IMG/VR virus record: IMGVR_UViG_3300045988_048147
Location: 1-33,237 of that record
Strand: one strand, 5' to 3'
DNA: 33,237 nt
From: a virus
Shown in pieces: positions 23,500 through 32,035 of this stretch (within the stretch, counting starts at the first letter, position 1; every line of letters starts with the position of its first letter). Below the pieces are notes generated by a model, which saw only the letters and a list, made by a program, of their open reading frames with translations, was not told where the DNA came from and did not search any database. A program made the translations under genes and the position numbers.

Positions 23500-23824
23500 G
23501 GCAACATCTATTCCTCCGGAAGTCAAGAAAGCCGTGTACATCCGGGACAATGGCTTCTGTGTGCTGTGCGGCTCTCCATATGGTGATCCGGTGGCCCATG
23601 TGGTCCGCCGGAGCCAGGGAGGAAAGGGGATCGAGAGAAATATCGTGACCCTCTGCCCGGCCTGTCACAGAGCCTATGACGAGGGCACGAACATCCAGAG
23701 GCTAGGACGAGGCACCACCAGAGAAAGCCTGTACTGCTATCTGGTGGCGTATCTGAAAGGGTTTTACCCGGACTGGAACCGGGAGGATATGATCTATCAC
23801 AAAGGAGTCGAAAATGCTGAATAA
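23483..23824 (+). CDS. HNH endonuclease in the replication/recombination module
   Basis: CVLCG...AHVVRRSQGG...NIVTLCPACHRAYDEG. Internal ATG after GGAGTGGGGA. Confidence 0.8.
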   Translation: MRAETKATSIPPEVKKAVYIRDNGFCVLCGSPYGDPVAHVVRRSQGGKGIERNIVTLCPACHRAYDEGTNIQRLGRGTTRESLYCYLVAYLKGFYPDWNREDMIYHKGVENAE

Positions 23825-24209
23825 ATGTTTTTTGCTGGGCCGGATGACGAAAGACCCGGAAATCAGACGGACAAACGGTGGGACGGCTGTCACATCCTTT
23901 ACATTGGCCGTAGACCGGGACTTCAAGACCAACGGGGAGAAGGAGACGGACTTCATTGAAGTGGTTGCGTGGCGCAACACGGCAGAGTTTGTCTCGAAAT
24001 ACTTCTCCAAGGGCCGTATGGCGATTGTAGAGGGGCGGTTACAGATCAGAGAGTGGACGGACAAGAGTGGGAACAAGCGCCGTACAGCGGAGGTTGTGGC
24101 CGACAACGTGTACTTCGGAGACTCCAAGAAGGAGAACAAGGAGGCGCCGGAATACAAGCAGGCTGATTTTGCGGTAATCTCGGAGGAAGACGGCGATCTT
24201 CCGTTTTGA
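23814..24209 (+). CDS. ssb: Single-stranded DNA-binding protein
   Basis: OB-fold pattern LLGRMTKDPEIR...FIEVVAWRNTAEFVSKYFSKGRMAIVEGRLQIREW and an acidic tail DGDLPF. Confidence 0.92.
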   Translation: MLNKCFLLGRMTKDPEIRRTNGGTAVTSFTLAVDRDFKTNGEKETDFIEVVAWRNTAEFVSKYFSKGRMAIVEGRLQIREWTDKSGNKRRTAEVVADNVYFGDSKKENKEAPEYKQADFAVISEEDGDLPF

Positions 24210-24218
24210 GGTGACACG

Positions 24219-24842
24219 ATGGCCAGAAACTATGCTGCGCTCCCATGGGAATACAAAAGGGAGATGTCTGCACTCAACGATGCAGAGTTCGGTCGGCTGT
24301 GCAGGGCTTTGCTGGAATACAGCGAGTCAGGGACGCCGATAGCACTTTGTGGCAATGAGCGGTTTTTCGCCGAACGTGTCATGATGCAGGAGGACCGTTT
24401 TAAGGAGTCCTATACCACCAAGGCGGAGAAAAACAGAGAAAATGGGGTTAAGGGCGGGAGGCCTAAGAAAACCGAAAAAAACCCAAAGAAACCCAACTTA
24501 ACCCAAAAAACCGAAACCGAAACCAAAACCGATACTATCTCTCCTAACGGAGAGAATAAATCCCCCCTATCGTCCCCCCAGGGGGAACGGTTTGACAGGT
24601 TTTGGGCTTTGTACCCAAACAAAACTGGGAAAAAGAAAGCCAGGGAGTCTTGGGAGAAACTGAAACCGTCAGAAGAGCTGACAGAAACCATTTTGGCTGC
24701 CGTTTCCAAACAGAAGCTATGGCCGAAGTGGCAGAAAGACGGAGGACAATATATCCCAAATCCCGCCACTTGGCTAAACCAGGGGAGATGGGAAGATGAA
24801 CCACCCGAAGGAGGCGAAGATCCATATGCCAAGTTTACCTGA
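24219..24842 (+). CDS. Putative replication initiator / replisome organiser
   Basis: Lies between ssb and the helicase. C-terminus FDRFWALYPNKTGKKKARESWEKL...PNPATWLNQGRWEDE is common in Firmicutes phage replication proteins. Confidence 0.5.
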   Translation: MARNYAALPWEYKREMSALNDAEFGRLCRALLEYSESGTPIALCGNERFFAERVMMQEDRFKESYTTKAEKNRENGVKGGRPKKTEKNPKKPNLTQKTETETKTDTISPNGENKSPLSSPQGERFDRFWALYPNKTGKKKARESWEKLKPSEELTETILAAVSKQKLWPKWQKDGGQYIPNPATWLNQGRWEDEPPEGGEDPYAKFT

Positions 24843-26091
24843 TGCCTCCGCCTGGCTGCTCTACGACGAGAACGCCATGGACACTCGGAAAACGCTGTGG
24901 TTCGTGGCGGACGCCCAGGACGTGACCGCCATGGACAACCAGAACGCCGTGTGCCTTGTCTATGGGGCGGGCTTTGAGAACTTTCGGGACGCGCAGCCGT
25001 TTCTGAGTGCCTTCCCGTCTGTGTTCCTGGCTTTATCTGACCGGGAGACGGCGGAAGCTGTGGCAGACGCCCTCAAAGAATACGCGCCATCTGTGGCCGT
25101 GCTGCTGCCGAAAGAGGGAGCATTTGGCAAGAGTTCCCGCGTCCGGGACGTGCTGGCAACCGGGGGGAGAAAGGCCGTGGATCATCTGTTGCTGGGCGCC
25201 GTGGAACAGCCTATGGACGGCCTGCTGGACCTGGCGGACGTGGAGCGGAGGGACCCCGGCGCATCCGTCGCCGTCATGTCCGGCCTGAAAGCACTGGACC
25301 AGTCCATCGGAGGCTTTGCCCCGTCAGAGCTGTCCGTCTGGACTGGAAAGCGCGGCAGCGGCAAGTCCACGCTACTGTCCCAGCTGCTTCTAAATGCCAT
25401 CGACCAGGGCTTCCCGGTCTGCGCATACTCCGGGGAGCTGTCGGCCTGGCGCTTCAAGCAGTGGGCCATGCTACAGGCCGCCGGGGCCGGGCATATCGAG
25501 CCGAAGCGGGACCCGGTGTCCGGGAAGCTGTATTACTACACGCCGAAGGAGATCGCGGACCGGATCGACGGTTGGTGGAAGGGGAAGTTTTTCCTGTACG
25601 ACAACCGGGTGGCCGGTGCTGGGGACGAGGACAGCATCATTTCCGTGTTCGAGTATGCCGTTCGCCGGTTCGGCTGCTGTGTATTTCTTGTGGACAACCT
25701 GATGACCGCCCGATTCAGCGACCAGAGCGACAAGGACTTCTATCGGGCGCAGAGCCGGTTCACGGGGCGGCTGGTGGAGTTCGCCAAGAAAAACGAGGTG
25801 CATGTGCATCTGGTGGCACACCCCCGGAAGGGTGACAACGACAAAAAGAAGCTGCTGACCGCGGACGACATCGGCGGGTCGGCGGACATCACAAACCGGG
25901 CGGACAACGCCTTTTCGCTGGAACGGATGGAAGAAAAGGATATCGCGGCCTATGGGTATGACGCCGGGCTGAGCATCCTGAAGAACCGGTCCTACGGCTC
26001 AACGGCAAACATCCAGCTGGTCTATGATGCCCGGTGCCGCCGATACACAAAGAAGGGAGAAAGCGATGGAGTCTACGGCTGGGAACGCTGA
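24796..26091 (+). CDS. DnaB-like (RecA-fold) replicative helicase with a degenerate Toprim-like N-terminal domain
   Basis: Walker A GKRGSGKST, Walker B CCVFLVDNL, then HVHLVAHPRK. Start is 24796 or 24826. Confidence 0.8.
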   Translation: MNHPKEAKIHMPSLPDASAWLLYDENAMDTRKTLWFVADAQDVTAMDNQNAVCLVYGAGFENFRDAQPFLSAFPSVFLALSDRETAEAVADALKEYAPSVAVLLPKEGAFGKSSRVRDVLATGGRKAVDHLLLGAVEQPMDGLLDLADVERRDPGASVAVMSGLKALDQSIGGFAPSELSVWTGKRGSGKSTLLSQLLLNAIDQGFPVCAYSGELSAWRFKQWAMLQAAGAGHIEPKRDPVSGKLYYYTPKEIADRIDGWWKGKFFLYDNRVAGAGDEDSIISVFEYAVRRFGCCVFLVDNLMTARFSDQSDKDFYRAQSRFTGRLVEFAKKNEVHVHLVAHPRKGDNDKKKLLTADDIGGSADITNRADNAFSLERMEEKDIAAYGYDAGLSILKNRSYGSTANIQLVYDARCRRYTKKGESDGVYGWER

Positions 26092-26191
26092 CTGGACCGC
26101 CTATGAGCGGGAGAAGAAAAAGCTCCAGGGATTGCCGCCGGACGAATACGAGGCAGCCCTGAAAGAGCTGGCAAGGAGGATGGGGATTTGA
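26066..26191 (+). CDS. Hypothetical 41-aa protein
   Basis: Below the ORF-track cutoff. RBS GGGAGA. Fills the gap between the helicase and rusA. Confidence 0.4.
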   Translation: MESTAGNADWTAYEREKKKLQGLPPDEYEAALKELARRMGI

Positions 26192-26568
26192 TTTTTGAAA
26201 TTCCGTATCCGCCCACCAAAAGGGGAAAAGCGGCCTGGAACAAGCGGTTTGGCCTGAATGCGTATTATGCCGGGAAACATTGGTCACAGCGGAAGCGGGA
26301 CGCAGAAGAACTCCACTCTCTGGCGCTGTGGTCCATGAAAAAGGCGCATATCCGAAAACAGTTCGTCAAAGGTCCTGTCGAAGTCATTTTCCGCTGGAAC
26401 GACGGCCTGGACGTGGACAATCACGCCGCCATGGGCAAGGCGTTTGTGGACGCCATGAAAGGCTACATACTGCCGGACGACAACCGGGAATGGGTGCGGA
26501 AAGTGTCCCATGAATTTTGGGAAAACGAGAGTATACAGGTGGAGGTAAGGCCCTATGGGCGAACTTGA
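26188..26568 (+). CDS. rusA: RusA-like Holliday junction resolvase
   Basis: TTG start after AAGGAGGA. LDVDNHAAMGKAFVDAMKGYILPDDNREWV matches the RusA acidic catalytic motifs. Confidence 0.6.
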   Translation: MIFEIPYPPTKRGKAAWNKRFGLNAYYAGKHWSQRKRDAEELHSLALWSMKKAHIRKQFVKGPVEVIFRWNDGLDVDNHAAMGKAFVDAMKGYILPDDNREWVRKVSHEFWENESIQVEVRPYGRT

Positions 26569-26785
26569 ACAATATCTAGTCCCCATCCGGCGTTACTCTG
26601 CTAACCCCTGCATGGATTGCTGCCTCCCAATCAGCAAGTGTCCATGGCTGCGGGAAGAGAAACCAGTACCGGGCTGGACAGCTAAGAAACGGACGTTTGT
26701 TGTTGGGAGAAACCGGGGCGGGCGGAAAACATGGGTGACTACATACGCCATCGAGAGCTGCCCGCTGGAAAGGAAGAGAGAATGA
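26555..26785 (+). CDS. Cys-rich hypothetical protein (putative zinc-binding)
   Basis: CMDCCLPISKCPW...GW...IESCP. Confidence 0.5.
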   Translation: MGELEQYLVPIRRYSANPCMDCCLPISKCPWLREEKPVPGWTAKKRTFVVGRNRGGRKTWVTTYAIESCPLERKRE

Positions 26786-27084
26786 TGGATGATATGAAGC
26801 GCGCCCTGTTGGGCGACCACGAGGCAGCCAAGCGGCTGACGGATGCGGGTGTGTTGCTGCCGTGTCCTATGTGCGGAGCCACAATAGACAGACAAGCCGA
26901 AAAAGACACCCTTATGCTGAATGAGTTTCAACTCGGAAAATGGTGTTTCATACATTTCTGCAATGAAACTTGTGACGGCGTAACGATTTACGGTAAAACC
27001 GAAGCGGAGGTTATCGCAAAATGGAACACTCGCGCGCCGATTCTGAGCGGGTCAGAGAGTGAGATGCTGGATGCCAAAGATTGA
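26782..27084 (+). CDS. Lar-family zinc-ribbon protein, paralogue 3
   Basis: ATGA overlap. LLPCPMCG...FCNETCDG...AEVIAKWNTRAP. Confidence 0.65.
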   Translation: MMDDMKRALLGDHEAAKRLTDAGVLLPCPMCGATIDRQAEKDTLMLNEFQLGKWCFIHFCNETCDGVTIYGKTEAEVIAKWNTRAPILSGSESEMLDAKD

Positions 27085-27862
27085 ACTATATCACGATAAT
27101 TTTCAAAACTTCAAGCGGTACAACATCCCAAAGGCCCAACTTGTGATTGCAGATATCCCGTATAACATCGGAGCGGATGCCTATGCCAGCAATCCCGTGT
27201 GGTATCAGGGCGGAGACAACAAAAATGGGGAGAGCAAACTGGCAAAGCAGAGTTTCTTCCACACAGATGGGACATTCAAAATTGCGGAATATATGCATTT
27301 TTGCAACCGTCTCTTGAAAAAAGAGCCAAAAGAAAGGGGACAGGCCCCGGCCATGATTGTATTCTGCGCATTTGAACAGATGCAGACAGTGATTGACTAT
27401 GGAAAGCGATATGGCTTTTTACATAACTATCCCCTGTTCTTCGTCAAGAACTATTCCGCGCAGGTTTTGAAAGCCAATATGAAGATCGTTGGTGCCACAG
27501 AGTTTGCCATCGTGTTGTACCGAAACAAACTGCCAAAATTCCGCAATAACGGCCATATGGTATTTAACTGGTTTGAATGGCACAGGGACAGTGCCAAGGA
27601 CTACCCCAAAATCCATCCAACACAAAAGCCCGTTGGATTGCTGAAGCGGTTAATCGAAGTCTTTACAGATCCGGGGGATATTGTGGTTGACCCGTGTGCT
27701 GGTAGTGGGGCCACCCTTCGGGCCGCTTATGAGCTGGGGCGAAACTCTTATGGGTTCGAGGTTGACCGGAATTTCTATCAAAAGGCAGTAAAAGAAATGA
27801 TTAAACCGGCGACAAGAGCGCCAGAGTTTGAGCAGATGGAGATACTGGAGGGGATGGAATGA
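27071..27862 (+). CDS. DNA methyltransferase, beta-class N6-adenine or N4-cytosine (N6_N4_Mtase family)
   Basis: Motif IV DIPYNIG lies N-terminal; HPTQKP and motif I VVDPCAGSGATLRAA lie C-terminal. Confidence 0.88.
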   Translation: MPKIELYHDNFQNFKRYNIPKAQLVIADIPYNIGADAYASNPVWYQGGDNKNGESKLAKQSFFHTDGTFKIAEYMHFCNRLLKKEPKERGQAPAMIVFCAFEQMQTVIDYGKRYGFLHNYPLFFVKNYSAQVLKANMKIVGATEFAIVLYRNKLPKFRNNGHMVFNWFEWHRDSAKDYPKIHPTQKPVGLLKRLIEVFTDPGDIVVDPCAGSGATLRAAYELGRNSYGFEVDRNFYQKAVKEMIKPATRAPEFEQMEILEGME

Positions 27863-28551
27863 AGCCGATTTATGAGCCGAAAGGGAAAGCCAAAGAGTAC
27901 GGTGACTATGCGCTGAATATCTACACTGGGTGCCCGCACCGTTGCTATTATTGCTTTGCGCCGAGTGTATTGCATCGAGACCGAGAGAAGTTTCACGCAG
28001 ATGTCCGGCCCCGTGATGGAATTGTAGAGGCGACCAAGGCACAGTTGGAGAGGGAGCACATTACCGGAAGAATTATTCACCTGTGTTTTACTTGTGACCC
28101 ATATCCGACCGGCTACGATACCACGCCGACACGGGAGATCATCAAAGTTTTGAAGGAATACGGGAACCGCGTCCAGATTCTCACAAAGGGGGATGGGAGC
28201 CGGGACTTCGATCTGCTAGACAGCGAGGATTGGTACGGCGTGACCATTGACGGCTCCGCCAGCGGCCCATACGCGCCGATCGACCGGATGGCAGACCTGT
28301 ATGCCGCAAAGTGCAGGGGAATCAAGACCTGGTGCTCCTTTGAACCTGTCCTATACGCTGATGCAGTGCTAGACTGTATCGAAAATTACCATGACATCTT
28401 CGACAAGGTGAAAATTGGGAAGCTGAACTACTACCCGTCGAATATAGAATGGGCAAAGTTTGGGCGAGAAGCCGAAGCACTTTGTCAGCGACTTGGCCTG
28501 GACTACTACATTAAGGAAAGTTTGCGGAAAGAAATAGAGGCCCACCCATGA
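27859..28551 (+). CDS. Radical SAM protein, SplB/COG1533-like minimal barrel
   Basis: ATGA overlap with the methyltransferase. LNIYTGCPHRCYYCFAP gives a CX3CX2C cluster-binding motif at aa 25-32. Confidence 0.75.
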   Translation: MKPIYEPKGKAKEYGDYALNIYTGCPHRCYYCFAPSVLHRDREKFHADVRPRDGIVEATKAQLEREHITGRIIHLCFTCDPYPTGYDTTPTREIIKVLKEYGNRVQILTKGDGSRDFDLLDSEDWYGVTIDGSASGPYAPIDRMADLYAAKCRGIKTWCSFEPVLYADAVLDCIENYHDIFDKVKIGKLNYYPSNIEWAKFGREAEALCQRLGLDYYIKESLRKEIEAHP

Positions 28552-28970
28552 GCATGACGCTGGAAGAAGCGTTCTCGATTTTACAAGAAAAATATGACTA
28601 TTGCAAATCGTTTTATGATTTGGCGGCAAACCCAGAAAAAGATTACAAAGAAATGGCAAAATATCTGCAAGCACTGCAAGCGGTCCTCGTTGCCCTCCGC
28701 CGGGAGCGAGTGGAAAAGGTGTGGAAGGGTGAGTGGGTTGAGCACCACAAGCACCGCGGAGGGTTTCGCCGTGTGACTGGCATGGATGACATGGGCGAAC
28801 AGCATGAAGTTACGATTGACGAGCGCTGTGAATACGATGACCTTTACTGCTCAAAGTGCGGCAAGCAAAGCCCGGACAATTTCCTGAATTTTTGCGGTTA
28901 CTGTGGCGCTCCCATGACGGACGAGGCCGTGGAGATGGTGATGGAGAGATTAAATAAATTGGAGGATTGA
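28548..28970 (+). CDS. Hypothetical protein with a C-terminal zinc ribbon
   Basis: ATGA overlap with the radical SAM gene. CSKCGKQSPDNFLNFCGYCGAPM. Confidence 0.55.
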   Translation: MSMTLEEAFSILQEKYDYCKSFYDLAANPEKDYKEMAKYLQALQAVLVALRRERVEKVWKGEWVEHHKHRGGFRRVTGMDDMGEQHEVTIDERCEYDDLYCSKCGKQSPDNFLNFCGYCGAPMTDEAVEMVMERLNKLED

Positions 28971-28972
28971 AA

Positions 28973-29155
28973 ATGGCATACTATAGACTTCCAAGATTTC
29001 CGAATGCTTATGATTATGAGCGGGCGGCAAATTATTATAAAAAACATGGGGATTCCGCGAAACATTATGAAATGCGGGCAAAACAACTCGAAAGAGAGCT
29101 TCATGACAGAGAAGATGCACGGTTGAGGAAAGAATGGAGCAAATATGATTGGTGA
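28973..29155 (+). CDS. Hypothetical protein
   Basis: ATG after GGAGGA, 60 aa. Confidence 0.45.
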   Translation: MAYYRLPRFPNAYDYERAANYYKKHGDSAKHYEMRAKQLERELHDREDARLRKEWSKYDW

Positions 29156-29199
29156 TGTTTTTGGGGGACTGATGATGGAGAGATTGGAGGCGCTACATA

Positions 29200-29544
29200 A
29201 TGCGTAGAGGTAAAGGGGAGCTGACTTACCACCAGATGACCTGTGAGCTGAAAAAAGTTATGGCTCAATACAATAAACTGAAAAATGATTATAACAGTTT
29301 GAAAGAAGCACATAACAAACTGCTCGCAGAGAAGGGGGCGCCGAACGAGTGGGTGAGCGTGGAGGAGAGGTTGCCGGAGCCTGGGGAGCGAGTACTTGCT
29401 ACGGGCTGCGGGTTTGTAGGAGAGTTTTACATCAACAAGCGTGGGCAATGGCAGCGATACAACGTTAATTGCTCCGAATTGCTTATGGCATTGGACATCC
29501 TGTATTGGATGCCCCTTCCGGAGCCGCCGGGAAAGGAGGGGTGA
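29200..29544 (+). CDS. DUF551-like protein
   Basis: EWVSVEERLPEPGERVL...ILYWMPLPEPP is the DUF551 signature. Confidence 0.65.
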   Translation: MRRGKGELTYHQMTCELKKVMAQYNKLKNDYNSLKEAHNKLLAEKGAPNEWVSVEERLPEPGERVLATGCGFVGEFYINKRGQWQRYNVNCSELLMALDILYWMPLPEPPGKEG

Positions 29545-29546
29545 GG

Positions 29547-29936
29547 ATGGGCAGGAAAGAGGCTGTGACCATCCTGCAAGAGAAACGGGATTTAACCCGG
29601 AAGCTCGAAGCCGCTGAAAAGTCCGCTGATTGGGCGGCAAAAGACAGAGTTGATTCCAGCAGTCTTAGGGCATCCCAGCATGGTCGATATGCCGATGCCC
29701 TAGACATGGCAATCTCCGCCCTGTCCCCGCCGAACGAGCCACTGACGCTGGAGGAACTGCGGGAGATGGACGAGCCTGTGTGGGTTGCCTGCAAACCCAT
29801 CGAGGGCGGGAACGGGTACTGGTGTCTGTGCCAGCATGGGCATATCATCACACCTGCAGGTAGCATTTACAATGTAAAGGAAATCCCGCATTGGGTGTTT
29901 TACCGCCGCCCGCCGGAGGGAGAGGATGAAACATGA
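29547..29936 (+). CDS. Hypothetical protein
   Basis: ATG after AAAGGAGGGG. Internal start of track ORF 29469-29936. Confidence 0.5.
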   Translation: MGRKEAVTILQEKRDLTRKLEAAEKSADWAAKDRVDSSSLRASQHGRYADALDMAISALSPPNEPLTLEELREMDEPVWVACKPIEGGNGYWCLCQHGHIITPAGSIYNVKEIPHWVFYRRPPEGEDET

Positions 29937-30136
29937 CAAACGCAGATAAAATCCGGGCCATGAGCGACGAGGAACTGGCGGACATTTTTCTCAGAGCCGA
30001 CTTTTGTAAGTGTTGTGAGCATGAAAAAGGCGGAGTATGCAATTTCATCTGTGCTTATCCAAACATTCCGATTTATGAAGGGTGCAGGCAAGCTGCATTG
30101 AAGTGGATGAAGCAACCAGTGGAGGTGGACACCTGA
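29933..30136 (+). CDS. Hypothetical Cys-rich protein
   Basis: IRAMSDEELADIFL...CKCCEHEKGGVCNFIC...CRQAALKWM. Confidence 0.5.
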   Translation: MTNADKIRAMSDEELADIFLRADFCKCCEHEKGGVCNFICAYPNIPIYEGCRQAALKWMKQPVEVDT

Positions 30137-30579
30137 TGGACATTGAGAAGCTGATTGAGCAGCTAAACGGATATTTTGAAGGGAAGGACCTGAAAAGAGG
30201 CGTTGCACTTGATGGCGCCACCACCCTCTCCGCACTCCGGGCCGAAAACGAGAGGTTGCGGGCCGAGCTGGAGCAGATGGCCGCATGTGTCTACTACAAG
30301 CAGGGAGGGCTATGCAGATACGGAGAGGAGGACCCGGCCAATGTCTGTGTGTTTGGCCCGTGCCCTCACCAGAGGTCTGCACAAGAGGTTCTGGCCGAGC
30401 TGGAGCAGGTGAAGCGGTGCCTTGAAATCGTAGAACACCAAAGGGAAGCAGCTATAGACGATATGACTGCGTTAATGGCCGGGCAGTGTTGTGACTTATG
30501 TGCCGTTGAATATTGTAACGACCGAGGTAAAACAGAAATGTGTACTGCATTCAAGTGGCGCGGCACGAAGGAGGGCTGA
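30136..30579 (+). CDS. Hypothetical Cys-rich coiled-coil protein
   Basis: TGATG overlap, 147 aa. Confidence 0.5.
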   Translation: MDIEKLIEQLNGYFEGKDLKRGVALDGATTLSALRAENERLRAELEQMAACVYYKQGGLCRYGEEDPANVCVFGPCPHQRSAQEVLAELEQVKRCLEIVEHQREAAIDDMTALMAGQCCDLCAVEYCNDRGKTEMCTAFKWRGTKEG

Positions 30580-30581
30580 CA

Positions 30582-30743
30582 TTGAAATACAAAGTATCAT
30601 TTAGCGGGTTTGCTTATGTTGAGGCGGATTCTCCGGAAGAGGCAGAGGAAAAAGCTATGTACGAGGATGATGCTGTTTATGAGGAAAAAAAGTGTGAGTC
30701 CGTAGAAGAAGTAGACGAATTTGCGGTGAGTTTGGAGGACTGA
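30582..30743 (+). CDS. Strongly acidic 53-aa protein
   Basis: TTG start 6 nt after AGGAGGG. LKYKVSFSGFAYVEADSPEEAEEKAMYEDDAVYEEKKCESVEEVDEFAVSLED. Confidence 0.45.
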   Translation: MKYKVSFSGFAYVEADSPEEAEEKAMYEDDAVYEEKKCESVEEVDEFAVSLED

Positions 30744-30744
30744 C

Positions 30745-31221
30745 ATGAAGCGGCTGACTATTTTTGACGGAGAATTTTGGGTACACAAGAATTTCCCGCC
30801 TGTTGAGGAAGATCAGGTCGATGAATTTATCGACTGTGTGAAAGAACTTGCGGCTCGCCTCGCCGCCATCGAGGACATCCTGGGCGACGAGTACGACCTT
30901 GACCGCCTCCGCGAACTGGCCCAGGCGAACAGGGAGGGGCGGTGCGTGGTGCCACCGTGCAAAGTCGGTCAAAAAGTAAAGGTTGATGTTCGCACGTGGG
31001 GAAACGTTTGGAACTACAAAACTGTTGAAAACGGGAAATTCCTGATTGGGGAAATAGTGGCTATAACAAAAACCAAAAAGCAAACACTTGTCAAAATTCG
31101 GGTTGAGCATAACGTAAGCTGGAAGCGCCCGACAAGACGATACCCAGCAAGTGCCATCGGCAAAACCGTTTTCCTCACCCGTGAGGAAGCCGCACTACGG
31201 AGGGAGCAGGATGGAGAATAA
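30745..31221 (+). CDS. Hypothetical protein
   Basis: 158 aa. YDLDRLRELAQANREGRCVVPPCKVG...GKTVFLTREEA is a recurrent Clostridia-phage pattern. Confidence 0.55.
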   Translation: MKRLTIFDGEFWVHKNFPPVEEDQVDEFIDCVKELAARLAAIEDILGDEYDLDRLRELAQANREGRCVVPPCKVGQKVKVDVRTWGNVWNYKTVENGKFLIGEIVAITKTKKQTLVKIRVEHNVSWKRPTRRYPASAIGKTVFLTREEAALRREQDGE

Positions 31222-31468
31222 AACTATACCGCCGATGTATCCCACTGAATTTGTCGAACGGGAATTAGGGATTAGAACTGACTGCTATAACCATAGCTGC
31301 CCATTCAGGGTGAATGATACCAGCAGCGCCAGCCGCTGCGAGTGTACGGCCTGCCCGAATCGGTGTACGGGCGATTTCTCCATTGCGTGGAACCGGACGC
31401 TGACAGATGAAGAGTTGGAAATCATTGAACGGATTGTGGACGATCACGAACGAAGGTGGAGCGAATGA
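31211..31468 (+). CDS. Hypothetical Cys-rich protein
   Basis: ATG after GGAGGGAGCAGG. Internal start of track ORF 31151-31468. Confidence 0.45.
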   Translation: MENKTIPPMYPTEFVERELGIRTDCYNHSCPFRVNDTSSASRCECTACPNRCTGDFSIAWNRTLTDEELEIIERIVDDHERRWSE

Positions 31469-31779
31469 AGGAGTACATCGAGAGGACGGTCGCTGTCAAG
31501 AAATTTGAGAACTATCGCCGTGATTGCGAAGAAGAAAACGACGAAAGAGCTGCACAGATTTTTGAGGATTGCATATCCGAGCTTGTGGCTATCTCCGCCG
31601 CAGACGTTGTGGAGGTGAGGAACGGGAGATGGGAAAAGTTTTCAACCGCAAGCGGGATTATTTCAAGAGTTAGGTGCTCTGTTTGTGCTGGAACACAGCC
31701 GTTAACATTTGAGAGCATGCCATACTGCCCCAACTGCGGCGCTCGCATGGACAAGGAGGACGGGCATGAGATTAGCTGA
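31465..31779 (+). CDS. Hypothetical zinc-ribbon protein
   Basis: ATGA overlap. RCSVCAG...YCPNCGARM. Confidence 0.5.
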   Translation: MKEYIERTVAVKKFENYRRDCEEENDERAAQIFEDCISELVAISAADVVEVRNGRWEKFSTASGIISRVRCSVCAGTQPLTFESMPYCPNCGARMDKEDGHEIS

Positions 31780-32035
31780 TGTTGACATGATTTATGACGA
31801 AGTTGAGAAACAATATAAAGGGGCAACTGGCATTGAACGTAACTGTAACCGTAATTTTCTTAATTTGATTTGTCATGCCCCCACCATCGACGCCGTGCCT
31901 GTGGTCAGGTGCCGCGAGTGCGTGTACAAGAATACAACCGATTGCCCAGCTTATGATGCCCCATTCATGCGCACCAGTTTGCGGATTAAGTTTTGTAGTG
32001 AGGGCCAGCGAAGGGAGGACGAGCATGAGCAGTGA
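31766..32035 (+). CDS. Hypothetical Cys-rich protein
   Basis: ATG after AGGAGGA. VVRCRECVYKNTTDCP...FCSEGQRRE. Confidence 0.5.
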   Translation: MRLADVDMIYDEVEKQYKGATGIERNCNRNFLNLICHAPTIDAVPVVRCRECVYKNTTDCPAYDAPFMRTSLRIKFCSEGQRREDEHEQ

